The notes under the pieces are model-generated. The model was given only the letters and a program-made list of their open reading frames with translations. It had not been told where the DNA came from and ran no database searches. A stretch of 64,000 bases of DNA from contig NC_091979.1 of the NCBI RefSeq assembly GCF_044704955.1, positions 62,558,001 through 62,622,000 on the forward strand, written 5' to 3'. This stretch comes from Pristiophorus japonicus. Taxonomy: Eukaryota. A program made the position numbers and the translations under genes. This document shows positions 23,505-38,009 of this stretch, piece by piece (the first letter of the stretch is position 1; every line of letters begins with the position of its first letter).

Positions 23505-24305
23505 TGTTTCACTCAAATATGCTGGTTTCACTCGCAAAAATTGAAGAAGCAATCGTTCGTGATTCAATTTGAAAAATAAAACGGTCCAAATTAACAGATC
23601 TTGTTTTTAGAGAAAAACTCACCCTCATTATAGTGAAAAAGTAAAATACTGGATTTTTAATACTTTTTCTTATCTTTGAAATTGCAAATTCCTTCAAAAT
23701 ATTCTGAAAGTATTTATAAGGAAAGTTCCCTCATTGTTATACGTAGCATGTATAATGATGCTCTACACTGGTACTACTTTAAAGAGTAAAAGATTTTGCT
23801 TCTTCAACTGACATTTGCAGTTGCAGAGTGTATCTTGCCAGTTTTAAAAAAACTGAACAAGAACAAGATGTGTCAGTATCTCTGGTACAGACAGGCATTT
23901 CAACATTGAAGGCATGAAGTACAGATTCCAGAATTGTACTTTTTGCTCACTGGTTTGGTTAATTTTTTTTAACCCTATAGAAATCGATCAAAATTGCTTT
24001 AAAACAGTTCAACACACGACTTAGAACAGTCTTCTGGACTAGGACTTGTACTTCAATAATTAACCCAACACTAACTCGATCTGGTGCTCTCACACAGAAA
24101 TCTTCTTTGTGGAATCTCGATTAAATTGCAGAAATCTTCAACATAAGCAACTCAATATAAAATTATAACTACCGTAATGGGCACAAGCCAAGTTGCTGTG
24201 TAATTTAAATATGCATTTATGCTCTATTAATGACCATAAATTACATATTAGTATGCCACTCTTACATATTCAAATCCCTGCTGTAAGCAAGTTATCCACA
24301 TCTCA

Positions 24306-24702
24306 ATTGCTTTACACCTCTCCAGTCCAGCACCCTTGGGACCTGATCGGTGCCGGACCAGAGAATTTTACGGACCACACGAGGTCACGCCAACCCTAGC
24401 GCTTTCAGCAGTACCCTACTTACCGGGTACTGCTGGCAACGACCCGGCCCCGTTCTGCGCATGTGCTGTGCAGAAGCCTACTGCACAGCATTTCTCAGGC
24501 CCAGCTTCGGCGGCTCAGTCAGCCGCCACGCTCCTCGCTCCCTCTCCGCACCGACAAAGGAGGGAACACACTGGAGCCAGCGGGGAGCAGAGGAGCAGCC
24601 AGCCCCAGGACTCAGAGAGGGTCGTGACCGCCCCCCGCCGGGAATGATGCCGGACCAGGGATGTTGCCAGACCAGAATCGGGACTGGAGAGGTACAAACT
24701 TG
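24306..24702. mobile_element. Tigger/mariner-like MITE
   Basis: Inverted ends ACCTCTCCAGTCC...GGACTGGAGAGGT, right end ..CTTG|TA; architecture resembles 45192-45520. Confidence 0.55.
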
Positions 24703-25776
24703 TACTGTGGTTTCTTAAACATCATTTTTTTTATCCAACCGAATACTTCTGACAGTGCTCTATATTTTATTATTTTTTTTTACTTAGTACCAACAACATT
24801 TGATAACTATTTGGTAAAAGTGCTGATTTAAAGCAGTATTTCTTCACAATGAGCACTCATAAATTAAAACTCCAATTATATACAATGAACATCTGAGTCA
24901 CTTAACCTCAGCAGATTCATATATTGAGCAGAATGGTGTGATGGCAGTAATTTACACAATGTTACCTGCAGCGTGGTGTTGGCAATACTCAGAAGCATTT
25001 CAGGCACCGTGTTACCTCTAGTTTTGTTCAAGGTGGAATATAGCCAGCTAAATCATCGTCTACTTAGAAATTATTCTCAAATTAGGAATACATTATCCTC
25101 AATATACTGCATCAGGCTTCTGTAAAATCTGACTCACACATTGGGCATATCGTACATGTTTAAATTCGTTTTTTTTTTAAGTGAAGCCAAGAGGGAATGC
25201 TCACAATTGTCAAGAGACTACATTTCACACTTCTGAGGAGATTATTCGAACAAACACTTTAAAATGTTTACCAGTTAAGAGGGAATGGAAATATTTCAGG
25301 TGCAGGATTTTAATAAAAATGGATACGACACTTGATGCATTACATCACAGAAACAATTTAAATTAGGTACATTTCAGTACTCTGGAGGAGCTGGATTAGG
25401 ATAATGACCAGTGGTTTAAGTACTCTTGACCAATTAGCATTGGAAAACATCAAATTACTCAAGTGTCCAATTCCACACCAATGCCACCACAAATTAAAAA
25501 AAAAATCTGCTCAAGATAATTGCGTTTATTGCTGTATAAATGCAAGTAGTTGTTGTTGTATTCATCAGCAAAACATCTGAAAAGTTAGCCGAAAAGTTTC
25601 TATTGGATTAAGCTTGGTGCAAACATTGCATATTCTGCAGTCAGTAAATCTTCCAGGTGAGCACATCAAGTACAATGGCAAAAAGTACAGATTTTGAACA
25701 AGTAGGGAAAACAGAAGTCATTTAGCTTTAACTGTGTTACTGATTAAAATTTCTTCCATATTAAATAATAAAAGGT

Positions 25777-26425
25777 CATCATAGGCAGTCCCTCAAAATC
25801 GAGGAAGACTTGCTTCCACTTCAAAAATGGGAATTACAGTCTCTGTCACAGGTGGGACAGACAGTCGTTGAAGGAAAGGGTGGGTGGGGAGTCTGGTTTG
25901 CCGCACGCTCCTTCCGCTGCTTGTGCTTGTCCTCCGCATGGTCTCAGCAACGAGACTCGAGGTGCTCCCGGATGCTCTTCCTCCACTTAGAGGGGTCTTG
26001 GGCCAGGAATTCCCAGGTGCCAGTGGGGATGTTGCACTTCATAAAAGGAGGCTTCGAGGGTGTCCTTGAAATGTTTTCTCTGCCCACCTGGGGCTCGCTT
26101 GCCATGTAGGAGTTTTGTGTCAGGCATGCGGACAATGTGGCCCGCCCAACGGAGCTGGTCGAGTGTGGTCAGTGCTTCGATGCTGGGGATGTTGGCCTGA
26201 TCGAGAACGCTAATGTTGGTGCGTCGATTCTCCCAATGGACTTGCAAGATCTTGAGGCGGCAGCATTGGTGGCATTTCTCCAGCGTTTTGAGGTGTCTAT
26301 TGTATATGGTCCACGTATTTGAGCCATATAGGAGTGCGGGTTTCACTACAGTCCTGGAGACCATAAAGCTTGATGCCAGATTTGAGGTTCTGGTCTTCAA
26401 ACATGCTCTTCCTCAGGTAACCGTC
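25777..26425 (-). mobile_element. RTE LINE 3' fragment
   Basis: ALLYGSNTWT..HIVRMPDT; CATCATAGGCAGTCCCTC 3' end. Confidence 0.85.
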
Positions 26426-27361
26426 TTCATCATAATCATCATAGACAGTCCCTCGGATTCGAGGAAGACTTGCTTTCATTCTTAGCACGAGTTCTTAGGT
26501 GGCTGTACAGTCCAATACGAGAACCACAGTGTCACAGGTGGGACAGATAGTCATTGAGGGAAAGGGTGGGCAGGGAGCCGGGTTTGCCGCAAGCTCCTTC
26601 TACTGCCTGCGCTTGATTTCGGCATGCTCTCGCCGACGATACTCGAGGAGCTCAGCGCCCTCCCAAATGCACTTCCTCCACTTAGGAAGGTCTTTGGCCA
26701 GGGACTCCCAGGTGTCAGGGGGGGAATGTCGCACTTTATCAGGGAGGCTTTGAGGGTGTCCTTTTAACGCTCCCTCTGCCCGCCTTTGGCTCGTTTGCCA
26801 TGGACAAGTTACGGGTAGAGCGCTTGCTTTGGGAGTCTTGTGTCAGGCATGTGAACAATGTGGCCTGCCCAGCGGAACTGATCAAGTGTGGTCAGTGCTT
26901 CAATGCTGGGGATGTTGGCCTGGACGAGGATGTTAATGTTTGTGCGTCTGTCCTCCCAGGGGATTTGCAGGATCTTGCGGAGACATCGTTGGTGATATTT
27001 CTCCAGCGACTTGAGATGTCTACTGTACATGGTCCACGTCTCCGAGCCATACAGGAGGGCGGGTATCACTACGGCCCTGTAGACCATGAGCTTGGTGACA
27101 GTTTTGAGGGACTGGTCGTCAAACACACTTTCCGAAGGCTGCGCTGGCGCACTGGAGGCGGTGTTGGATCTTGTCGTCGATGTCTGCCCTTGCTGATAGT
27201 AGGCTCCCGAGGTATGGAAAATGGTCCACGTTGTCCAAGGCCGCGCTGTGGACTTTGATGATCGGGGTGGCGGGGGAGGTAGTGCTGTATGGAGGACCTT
27301 TGTCTTACGGATGTTTAGTGCAAGGCCCATGCATTTGTACACCTCGGTGAAGGTGTTGACG
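26426..27361 (-). mobile_element. RTE LINE 3' fragment (tandem with the previous copy)
   Basis: MGLALNIRKTKVL..ALLYGSETW..MPDTRLPKQ; has its own (CAT)n tail at about 26426-26442. Confidence 0.87.
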
Positions 27362-27789
27362 AATAAAGCAGCTATCTTGTGGTCAACACCAAGTATCTCT
27401 TACACTATGTTTTAAACCAGATAGAAAAGAGGATTCAAAGTTGAGTTTTGGCGCTCGGCCTTTTTTAACCCCAGAAAATCTCAAATCTTCCATCCAATGG
27501 TGCGACATCACTATTTGTATCTCTCCACTTATAACAATGACTGACTGGCAGGGAGTTACCAGATTAATTCAACCGAATGGCTTAGACGTCAATAAAAACA
27601 CGTTGCACAAGTGTGTGGTTTGAGTATTAGCAAACGTTCCATTTACTTATTATCCAACGGTGAATGAATAAATGTATTTGAGGTAATGTCTCATAAATGA
27701 ACAGTTAATAAAATCAGTGCTGCAGGGACAGAACGTACAAATCATATGGATATATAATATTTTTTATTCCCAGTAATAAAGTGCCAGAA

Positions 27790-28262
27790 CATTACATAGG
27801 ATATACAGCACAGAAACAGGCCATTCGGCCCAACCAGTCCATGTTGGTGTTTATACTCCACTTGAGCCGCCTCCCATCTTTCCTCATCTAACTCCATCAG
27901 CATAAGCCTCTATTCCCTTCTCCCTCATATACTTATCTAGCCTCCCCTTAAATGCATTTATACTATTTTGCTTCAATTCGCTTCAACCATTCCCTGGGTT
28001 AGCGAGTTCCACATTCTCACCACTCTCTGGGTAAAGAAATTGCTTCCGAATTTCCTAATTTGATTTCTTGGGTGACGATCTTATATTGATGGCCTTTCGT
28101 TATGCTCTTCCCCATAAGTGGAAATACTCTCTCTGCACCTACTCTATCAAGAGCTTTCATAATTTTAAAGACTTCTATTAGGTCACTCCTTGGCCTTCTC
28201 TTTCCAAGAGAAAAGAACCCCTGTTTACCCTTTCCAGATAGGTATACCCTTACATTTCTAGT
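27790..28262 (-). mobile_element. CR1-clade 3' fragment (divergent subfamily)
   Basis: GAAACAGGCCATTCGGCCC 3' stem, with minus-strand RVVRMWNSL and DLIEVFKIM. Confidence 0.75.
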
Positions 28263-28757
28263 AAAAACTTACTTAAAATGCAAGATACCCAAGCTACCCC
28301 AGGCTCCATTGATACTTGAATCATACCAATGGGATGTAAATTTTATAAAGAACTTTACAGAGGTCTGTGATTGGATTTGATCCTATAAATCACCAGAGAT
28401 TTACTGCCCTCATTGACAGCTTGCATCTTCTTCAATTCACCCACACAAGGCCACAAAGATGTTTTACAAATAAAGGAAGAGCAAGAGGATAATTAAAGAA
28501 AGAGTAAGGCATATTCTAGACAATAAAAGTAACTTCTATGTGGAGGCGGTGGATATGGTTCTTAATGAATACTTTGCTTCTGTTTTCACAAAAGAGAGGG
28601 ATGATGCAGACATTGCAATCAGGAAGGAGTGTGAAATATTAGATAAAATAAAGAGAAAAAGAGAGAGTGGGGGGGCAAGTATTAAGTTGTTCAGCATCTT
28701 TGAAAGTGGATGAATCGCCTGGCCCGGATGAAATGTAACCCAAGCTGTTAAGAGGAA

Positions 28758-31700
28758 CATAGAAAATAGGTGGAGTAGGCTATTCGGCCCTTTGAGCCTG
28801 CACCACCATTCAATAAGATCATGGTTGATCATTCCCTCAGTACTCCTTTCCTGCTTTCTCTCCATACCCCTTGATCCCTTTAGCCGTAAGGGCCATATCT
28901 AACTCCCTCTTGAATATATCCATTGAACTGGCATCGACAACTCTACAGCAGGGAATGCCACAGGATAACAACTCTGAGTGAAGAGGTTTCTCCTCATCTC
29001 AGTTCGAAATGGCCTGCCCCTTATCCTAAGACTGCGTTCCCTGATTCTGTACTTTCTCAACATCGGGAACATTCTTCCCGCATCTAAACTGTCCAGTCCC
29101 GTCAGAATCTTTTACGTTTCTATGAGATCCCCTCTCATCCTTCTAAACTACAGTGAATACAGGCCCAGTTGATCCAGTCTCTCCTCATATGTCAGTCCAG
29201 ACATCCCGGGAATCATTCTGGTGAACTTTCGCTGCACTCCCTCAGTAGCAAGAACGTCTTTCCTCAGATTAGGAGACCAAAACTGAACACAATATTCCAG
29301 GTGAAGTCTCACCAAGGCCCTGTACAACTGCAGTAAGACCTCCCTGCTCCTATACTCAAATCCCCTAGCTATGAAGGCCAACATACCATTTGCCTTCTTC
29401 ACCGCCTGCTGTACCTGCATGCCAACATTCAATGACTGATGAACCATGACACCCAAGTCTCATTGCACCTCCCCTTTTCCTAATCTGTCGCCATTCAGAT
29501 AATATTCTGCCTTTGTGTTTTTGCCACCAAAGTAGATAACCTCACATTTATCCACATTATACTGCATCTGCCTTGCATTTTCCCACTCACCTAACCTGTC
29601 CAAGTCACCCTGCAGCATCTTGGCACCCTCCTCACGGCTCACACCGCCACCCAGTTTAGTGTCATCTGCAAACTTGGAGATATTACACTCAATTCCTTCA
29701 TCTAAATCATTGATGTATATTGTAAAGAGCTGGGGTCCCAGCACTGAACCCTGCGGCACTCCACTCGTCACTGCCTGCCATCTGAAAAGGACCCGTTTAT
29801 CCCGACTCTCTGCTTCCTGTCTGCCAACCAGTTCTCTAGCAACGTCAGTACATTACCCCAATGTCATGTGCTTTGATTTTGCACACCAATCTCTTGTGTG
29901 GGACCTTGTCAAAAGCCTTTTGAAAGTCAAATACACCACATCCACTGGTTCTCCGTTGTTCACTCTGCTAGTTACATCCTCAAAAAATTCCAGAAGATTT
30001 GTCAAGCATGATGTCCCTTTCATAAATCCATGCTGACTTGGACCAATCCTGTCACTGCTTTCCAAATGCGCTGCTATTTCATCCTTAATAATTGATTCCA
30101 ACATTTTCCCTACTATTGATGTCAGGCTAACCGGTCTCTAACTACCCGTTTTCTCTCTCCCTCCTTTTTTAAAAAGTGGTGTTACATTAGCTACCCTCCA
30201 GTCCATGGGAACTGATCGAGTGATAGACTGTTGGAAAATGATCGCCAATGCGTCCACTATTTCTAGGGCCACTTCCTTAAGTACTCTGGGATGTAGACTA
30301 TCAGGCCCTGGGGATTTGTCGGCCTTCAATTTCCCTAACACAATTTCCCATCTAATAAGGATATCCTTCAGTTCCTCCTTCTCACTAGGCCCTCGGTCCC
30401 CTAGTACATCCGGAAGGTTATTTGTGTCTTCCTTCGTGAAGACAGAACCAAAGTATTTGTTCAATTGGTCTGCCATTTCTTTGCTCCCCATTATAAATTC
30501 ACCTGAATCTGACTGCAAGTGACCTACGTTTGTCTTCACTAATCTTTTTCTCTTCACATATCTATAGAAGCTTTTCCAGTCAGTTTTTATGTTCCCAGCA
30601 AGCTTCCTCTCGTACTCTATTTCCCCCCCTCTTAATTAAACCCTTTGTTCTCCTCTGCTGAATTCTAAATTTCTCCCAGTCCTCAGGTTTGCTGCTTTTT
30701 CTGGCCAATTTATATGCCTCTTCCTCGGATCTAAGACTATCCTTAATTTCCCTTGTTAGCCATGGTTGAGTCACCTTCCCTGTTTTATTGTTGCTCCAGA
30801 CAGGGATGTACAATTGCTGAAGTTCATCCATGTGGTCTTTAAATGTTTGCCATTGCCTATCTACCGTCAACCCTTTAAGTATCATTTGCCAGTCTATTCT
30901 AGCCAATTCACGCCTCATTCTGGCGAAGTTAGCTTTCCTTACGTTCAGGACCCAAGTTTCTGAATTAACTGTCACTCGCCATCTTAATAAAGAATTCTAC
31001 CATATTATGGTCACTCTTCCCCAAGAGGCCTCGCACAACAAGATTGCCAATTAGTCCCTTCTCATTACACATCACCCAGTCTAGGATGGCCAGCTCTCTA
31101 GTTGGTTCCTCGACATATTGGTCTCAAAAACCATCCCGAATATATTCCAGGAAATCGTCCTCCACCGCATTGCTACCAGTTTGGTTAGCCCAATCAATAC
31201 GTAGATTAAAATCACCCATTAAAACTGCTGTACCTTTATTGCACACGTCCCTTATTTCTTGTTTGATGCTGTCCCCAACCTCACTACTACTGTTTGGTGG
31301 TCTGTACACAACTCCCACTAGCATTTTCTGCCCTTTGGTATTCCGCAGCTCCACCCATACCGATTCCACATCATCCAAACAATGTCACTCCTTACTATTA
31401 CATTAATTTCCTCTTTAACCAGCAACGCCACCCCACCTCCTTTTCCTTTCTGTCTATCCTTCCTAAATGCTGAATACCCTTGGATGTTGAGTTCCCAGTC
31501 TTTGTCATCCTGGAGCCATGTCTCCGTGATGCCAATTACATTATATCCGTTAACTGCTATCTGCGCAGTTAATTCATCCACCTTATTCAGAATACTCCTT
31601 GCATTGAGGCACAGAGCCTTCAGGCTTGCCTTTTTAACACACTTTGTCCCTTTAGAATTTTGCTGTAATGTGGTCGTTTTTATTTTTTGCCTTGGGTTTC

Positions 31701-32856
31701 TCTGCCCTCCACTTTTACTATTCTCCTTTCTATCTTTTGCTTCTGACTCCATTTTATTTCCCTCTGCCTCCCTGCATAGGTTCCCATCCCCCTGCCATAT
31801 TAATTTAACTCCTCCCCAACAGTACTAGCAAACACTCCCCCTAGGACATTGGGTTCTGGTCCTGCCCAGGTGGAGACCGTCCGGTTTGTACCGGTCCCAC
31901 CTCCCCCAGAACCGGTTCCAATGTCCCAGGAATTTGAATCCCTCCCTTCTGCACCACTCCTCAAGTCACGTATTCATCTGAGCTATGCTGCGATTCCTAC
32001 TCTGACTAGCACGTGGCACTGGAACAATCCTGAGAATACTACTTTTGAGCTCCTTTTTAATTTAGCTCCTAGCTCCCCAAATTCGTCTCGTAGGACCTCA
32101 TCCCGCTTTTTATCTATATTGTTGGTGCATATATGCACCACGACAGCTGGCTGTTCACCCTCCCTTTTCAGAATGTCCTGCACCCGCTCCGAGAAATCCT
32201 TGACCCTTGCACCAGGGAGGCAACATACCATCCTGGAGTCTCGGTTGTGGCCACAGAAACGCCCATCTATTCCCCTTACAATTGAATCCCCTATCTCTAT
32301 AGCTCTCCCACTCTTTTTCCTGCTCTGCTGTGCAGCAGAGCCACCCTCAGTGCCATGGACTTGGCTGCTGCTGCCCTCCCCTGATGGGTCATCCCCCTCA
32401 ACAGTACCCAAAGCGGTGTATCTGTTTTGCAGAGGGATGACCGCAGGGGACCCCTGCAATCCTTCCTTGCACTGCTCTTCCTGTTGGTCACCCATTCCCT
32501 ATCTGGCTGTGTACCCTTTACCTGCGGTGTGGCCAACTCGCTATTCACGTCATTCTCAGCATCATGGATGCTCCAGAGTGAATCCACACGCAGCTCCAGT
32601 GCCACAATGCGGTCCGTCAGGAGCTGCAGGCAGATAGACTTCCCACACATATAGTCGGCAGGGACAATGGAAGCGCCCCTGACTTCCCACATAGTACAGG
32701 AGGAGCATAACACGTGTCCGAGTCTCCTGCCATGACTTAACCCCTAGATTAACTTAATTTGGCAACCACAATGCTAAAAGGTTACTTACTGATAAAGAAA
32801 AAGAAAAAGAAAAACTACTCACCAATCAGCAGCCAATCACTTACCCTCTTGGCTGG
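28758..32856 (-). mobile_element. Near full-length CR1 LINE: 5' UTR, ORF1 (Cys-rich N-terminus and SGNH esterase-like domain), ORF2 (APE+RT), disrupted
   Basis: ORF1 CSSCTMW..C, GDSIVR, HICTNN; ORF2 [39 protein letters not shown]; probable TSD AGAGGAA (28751-28757, 32857-32863). Confidence 0.93.
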
Positions 32857-33970
32857 AGAGGAAATAGCAGAGGCTCTCGCCATCATTTTCCAATCCTCTG
32901 GCTACAGTTGTGGTGCCGGAGGACTGCTAACATTGTTTAAAAAGGGAGACACTAAGTCATTGCAGGCCAGTCAGCCTAACCTCAGTGGTGGGGAAATTAC
33001 TGGGAAAAAATTCTGAATGACAGAATAAATATTCATTTAGAAAGACACGGATCAATCAAGGACAGTCAACATGGATTTGTTAAGGGAAGGTCGCGTCTGA
33101 CTAACTTGGATTGAATTTTGAGGAGGGAACAAGGAGGGTCGTTGATGTTGTCTATATGGATTTTAGCAAGGCTTTTGATAAGGTCACACATGGCAGACTG
33201 GTCACGAAAGTAAAAGCCCATGGGATCCAAGGCAAAGTGGCAAGTTGAATCTAAAATTGGCTCAGAGGCAGAAAGCAAAGGGGAATGGGCATTTGTGACT
33301 GGAAGGCTGTTTCCAGTGGAGTTCTGCAGGGCTCAGTACTCGGTCCCTTGTTTTTTTATGGTAAACATTAATGATTTGAACTTGAATGTAGGGGGTATGA
33401 TTATGAAGTTCGCAAGGGATACAAAAATAAGCTGTGTGGTTGATAATGAAGAAAGCTGCAGATTGCAGAAAAATATCAATGGACTGTTCAGGTGGGCAGA
33501 ACAGTGGCAAATGGAATTCAATGTGGAGAAGTGTGAGATCATGCATTTGGAGAAGGCGAACAAGGAAAAGAAATACACAATAAATTGTAGGACACCGAGA
33601 AGTGGAGAGGAACAGCGGGACCTTGGAGGTATCAGGATAGGTAGATAAGGTGGTTAAGAAGGCATACTGGATACTTGCCTTTATTAGACGAGGCACAGAA
33701 TACAAGAGCAGGGAAGTTATGCTTGAACTGTATAAAACGCAAGTTAGGCCACAGCTAGAGTACGGCGTGCAGTTCTGGTCACCACATTACAGGAAAGATG
33801 TGATTGCACCAGCGAGGGTACAGAGGAGATTTACGAGGATGTTGCCTGGACTGGAGAATTTTAGCTGTGAGGAAAGATTGGAAAAGCTGGGGTTGTTTTC
33901 TTTAGAACAGGAGGCGGCTGAGGGGAGACCTAATTAAGGTTTATAAAGGACTTATTTCCCTTAGCAGAGG

Positions 33971-34365
33971 TGATCTTATTGAAACATATAAGATAGTGAG
34001 GGGGGCTCGACAAGGTGGATGCAGAGAGGATCTTTCCACTCATAGGGGAAGCTAAAACTAGGGGACATAGTCTCAGAATAAGCGGCTGCCCATTTAAAAC
34101 TGAGATGAGGAGGAATTTATTTTCTCAGAGGGTTGTAAATCTATGGAATTCTCTGACCCAGAGAGCTGTGGAGGCTGGATATTGAATATATTTAAGGTGG
34201 AGATAGACACATTTTTGAGCGATAAGGGAGTAAAGGGTTATGGGGAGCGGGTAGGGAAGTGGAACCGAGTCCATGATCAGATCAGCCATGATCTTATTGA
34301 ATGGCGGAGCAGGCTCGATGGGCCAAATGGCCTAATCCTCCTCCTATTTCTTATGTTGTTATGTT
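33971..34365 (+). mobile_element. Nested CR1 3' fragment
   Basis: Own tail TTCTTATGTTGTTATGTT; flanking CAGAGG at 33965-33970 and 34366-34371. Confidence 0.8.
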
Positions 34366-37300
34366 CAGAGGGGCCAATAACCAGGTGACATAGATTTAAC
34401 GTAAGTGGTAGGAGGTTTAGAGGGGATTCGAGGAGAAATGTTTCTCCTAGAGGGCGATAAGGTATCTCGAAGTCACTGCCTGAAAGAAAGAGTGGTAGAG
34501 GCAGAAACCCTCATTGAATTTAAAAATGACTTGGATATGCACTTGAAGTGCCATAACCTACAAGGCTATAGACTGAGCTGGAAAGTGATATTAGGCTGGA
34601 TAGCTCTTTGTCGGCCAGCATGGACACAATAGGCCGAATGGCCTCCTCCTGTGCTGTAAATTTCTATGATTCTATGATTCAGACAACTTCATAATTCTCA
34701 AACCCAAAGAACATAACATGCTACAATACACATCAGCCCCCTTCATACACACCACCAGGTTCAGCCTAGTTTTAATAAAAACATGCACTGTTGTTCGATA
34801 CATTTAAAATACATTTTAAAGCAAAATTATAGAAATGTGACAAAGAAACAAAAATACTACAATCTGCATATGAATCAAGTAATAACTTACTAAAAATCAA
34901 CTGATATCATTGGATCGTGCTCTGGTTATGAAAAGAGCTTAAAAAACAGTATGATGAGTATTCTGCAAAAATGAGCAACAATACCACAAGAAAAGATCAC
35001 AATGCTCAAGGGAAACTGCACTCACACCAAGGGAAGGAAAACATGATTTGAAACTTACCACTGGATTAAGCAAGCAGAAGCTTCCTTCCCAATGGCTCGA
35101 GACTACTGATCCAATTTTTATAGAAAATTAACATTCTAGCTAACGTGACAATTTATGTGTTGTGACATTTAAACTGTAACCAACAAGGTATGATACTGTA
35201 ATTGACGGTGTGAATTAAGGTTTACTGCTTGGAAAGTGTTCTTTCAGTGCAATAGTTTATATGAATGAAATGTCACAGTTGCATTGTTATTCACTATCGA
35301 GTCATAAACAGTTCTAAGCAGAACAATTACTGTGACCACATAGGAGATTATGACATAATTCCACCTAATCCAGTATTGTCCAATAGAAATTGGTGACTAG
35401 TCACACATGTGCCTGCAGCAACACCGTTTTATGCATATTTTAATAGAATGTGCCTTACTTACATACTCACACAATCCAAGTAAATGTGCTTCACATGTGT
35501 ATATTTACTTAAACAACTACCAATATTCAGTAACCTGGGGCGTAAAACACACAACAATCAAAAATCACAACGATCAAAAATCACACACACATCTCGCCAT
35601 TTTACTTACACACTGAGCTTAAGTACACATTCATATGCCATATGAGTATTAAGATTGGTAGCCCAACTAGTGTCTAATACTGTACTCATTTCTTTAATTT
35701 ACTAATCAGAAATGCAATTAGCCACATCAGGATTCCCAATTAGCCACATGTAGTTAACATACTGGACAACACTGACTTCATCAAACCAATGCCTCCCAGT
35801 ACAGGCCAGCAACGTGCAGCGGTTTGAAAAGTTCTGGCATTTCTGATCCCAAATAACCTGTGAGGAACAAAGCACCAAGAGACACCTTCTTTGGCCGGGG
35901 GGAGGGGGCAGGGTGCAGTGGAGAAACAAAAAATACTTCCATTCAAGACACACCCTAGCCACCAAATTAAGAATGTCACTGCCAGAGCGATTGGGATGGA
36001 TCACCTGACTGCCTTCCAGCTCAGATGGGGAAAAGGGAGCATAGAAGGGAGAGGGAACATTTTTCACACATTAAAATTCCACACTGTGTTGCATCATTCC
36101 ATCACAAACTTGAGGCAAAATCCATTATAAAACGTCAAATATTTACCTATGATACCTGCTACGTCTTTAGGTGGTGCTGTGATGGAGTTTCCAATGTAAT
36201 TAACCGTTCTGCTTGTAAATTAAAATTACATGACATCCTATCTTTATTTTAATTATATTGTGAAAGTATATATAGTAATTTGCAAAAAAAAGGCAGTCTG
36301 CCTACAGTTGCAGATTCTGAACACTGGGCGGCAGTGTGAAGCGACCAGTGATCTGCTCCGTCATGGCCATCATCGTGTTGGTTTTGTGTTTTAAGATGAT
36401 ATCAGGTATGGCAAACAAGTCATTTAATGGTTTCAAAATGATTTCAAATATATATTTACATTTTCCTCATCTCCCTGCAGCTTGGCTCCCTTCACAACTC
36501 ATGTTGCAGCTCTAATGTCTGTTGTGCCAGGCCTTTGGCAAAGACCATTGCAGTGGCTGCACTAAAAATCACTACTGATGCCTTCCTCGCTGTGCCCTGC
36601 ACGGAGTAATTATATAAAACTGTCACAATATTGGGATCTTCAGAGGGCTTACATCAACCAGCCCAGAACATCTCCCTGCCCACCTCTGAACTATGCTGTC
36701 CAGCTTCCTCCCTCCCCAAATAAGCAGCATTGTTGGATGGCCTGCACCTCCACCAACAAGCAATGTCAAATCATAACTAAACACTTTTGCCCCTTCCCAT
36801 ACATGAGCAGCAAAGTCACCCATGGACTCCAAACCTTTCTCAAGCCAAAAGACCAACGCTGTCCTCTGACTAAACCACACACCCCAATCCTAGCTCCCAA
36901 TAATTTCCACCCAACCCCCTCCTCTGTCTTCTATATCTAGTTGACCTGAATACTGCACTTGGTCTTGACTCTAACGCCATGTCTAATCAACTATTATTCA
37001 CACAAAATCAGGAGAAAAAAAATTTCCATTGTTTTTTTTTATCCCGACGATGGTAGAGAATGAACTTGAAGTACCAATCTTATTGGCATGCGCGTTCACA
37101 GATTAAATAACTTTGCTGATGGTAACACTCCCCATTTGATATTTGAAACGACATCAGACACTAATCTGTTTGCATGCCTGTCTTTACACTCCTCCTAAAG
37201 TAGCTTTATTATTTGAACTTGACTATACTTCAGCACGAGATTAATGTTTTTTTTCCTTCCAAACAAAGCAGCTCAGCCTCTATTCTCCGCCTTACTAACA

Positions 37301-37971
37301 CACCACGTCACACAGAAAACAATTCTTAGGTATCAACAAACTGAAGCTTTTAAAAAAAGATAAAGCAACCAAAATGCACCATTTCAGTGCTCAACTAGAT
37401 CAAAACCATTGCCACTTTTGCTGGAACATATTCAGGTTGTTTGAAGCATTCCTGCCATTTGAATTATGGAGACACTTGGCCTCTTTTGGAGTAAAGACTA
37501 TCTCCGATAGCACTAATGTCACCGTGTTTATTTTAAAGCAAATGGTGCATCAAGAATAATGGCTATCCAGGCATGATTACAAGGCAGTGGAGTCAAATCC
37601 CATCAACTCAAACTGCAAGCTGAGAAGAAGCCTACAGCAAAGTGCTTAGCCTAGTTTAAAAACAACACAACTGGTGAATCAGTTGAATCAGGCAGTAATG
37701 TGTCCAAGAGACAATGATATATTTCAATATATTTGATATATGGTGCAGGAAGGAATTGAAGGATAGCGTCAGAGTGGGGATATTTAGCTGATTTAAAGAA
37801 AATGAGCTTGTTTGGTCCTATCAATGATCGGAAAATTATGTTTTGATAGTCATATAGTATTTTAGATGCATTTAATTACCTAACAGTTTCCAAAAATTCA
37901 CAGATCCAAGGAGCGGGTGTGCATTATATGGGAAAATATGTTAATTACAACTAGCTAGTCTGTGGAAAGTC

Positions 37972-38009
37972 GTGTGTGTGTGTGCGCGCGCGCGATATAT
38001 ACATATATA
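37972..38009. repeat. Compound (GT)n(GC)n(AT)n microsatellite
   Basis: GTGTGTGTGTGTGCGCGCGCGCGATATATACATATATA. Confidence 0.85.

Larger units (their letters stand above)
28480..34680 (+). mobile_element. Older CR1 host copy (28480-28757, 32857-33970, 34366-34680) with two nested insertions
   Basis: 'PDEM.P.LLR' resumes as 'EEIAEALAIIFQSS' after the insertion; TTCTATGA tail at 34662-34680. Confidence 0.8.

Noticed and set aside
36481-36700. Strong plus-strand acceptor followed by a short open frame
   Set aside because: The peptide (AALKITTDAFLA) looks more like a decayed L2 RT motif and terminates early; not supportable as an exon.
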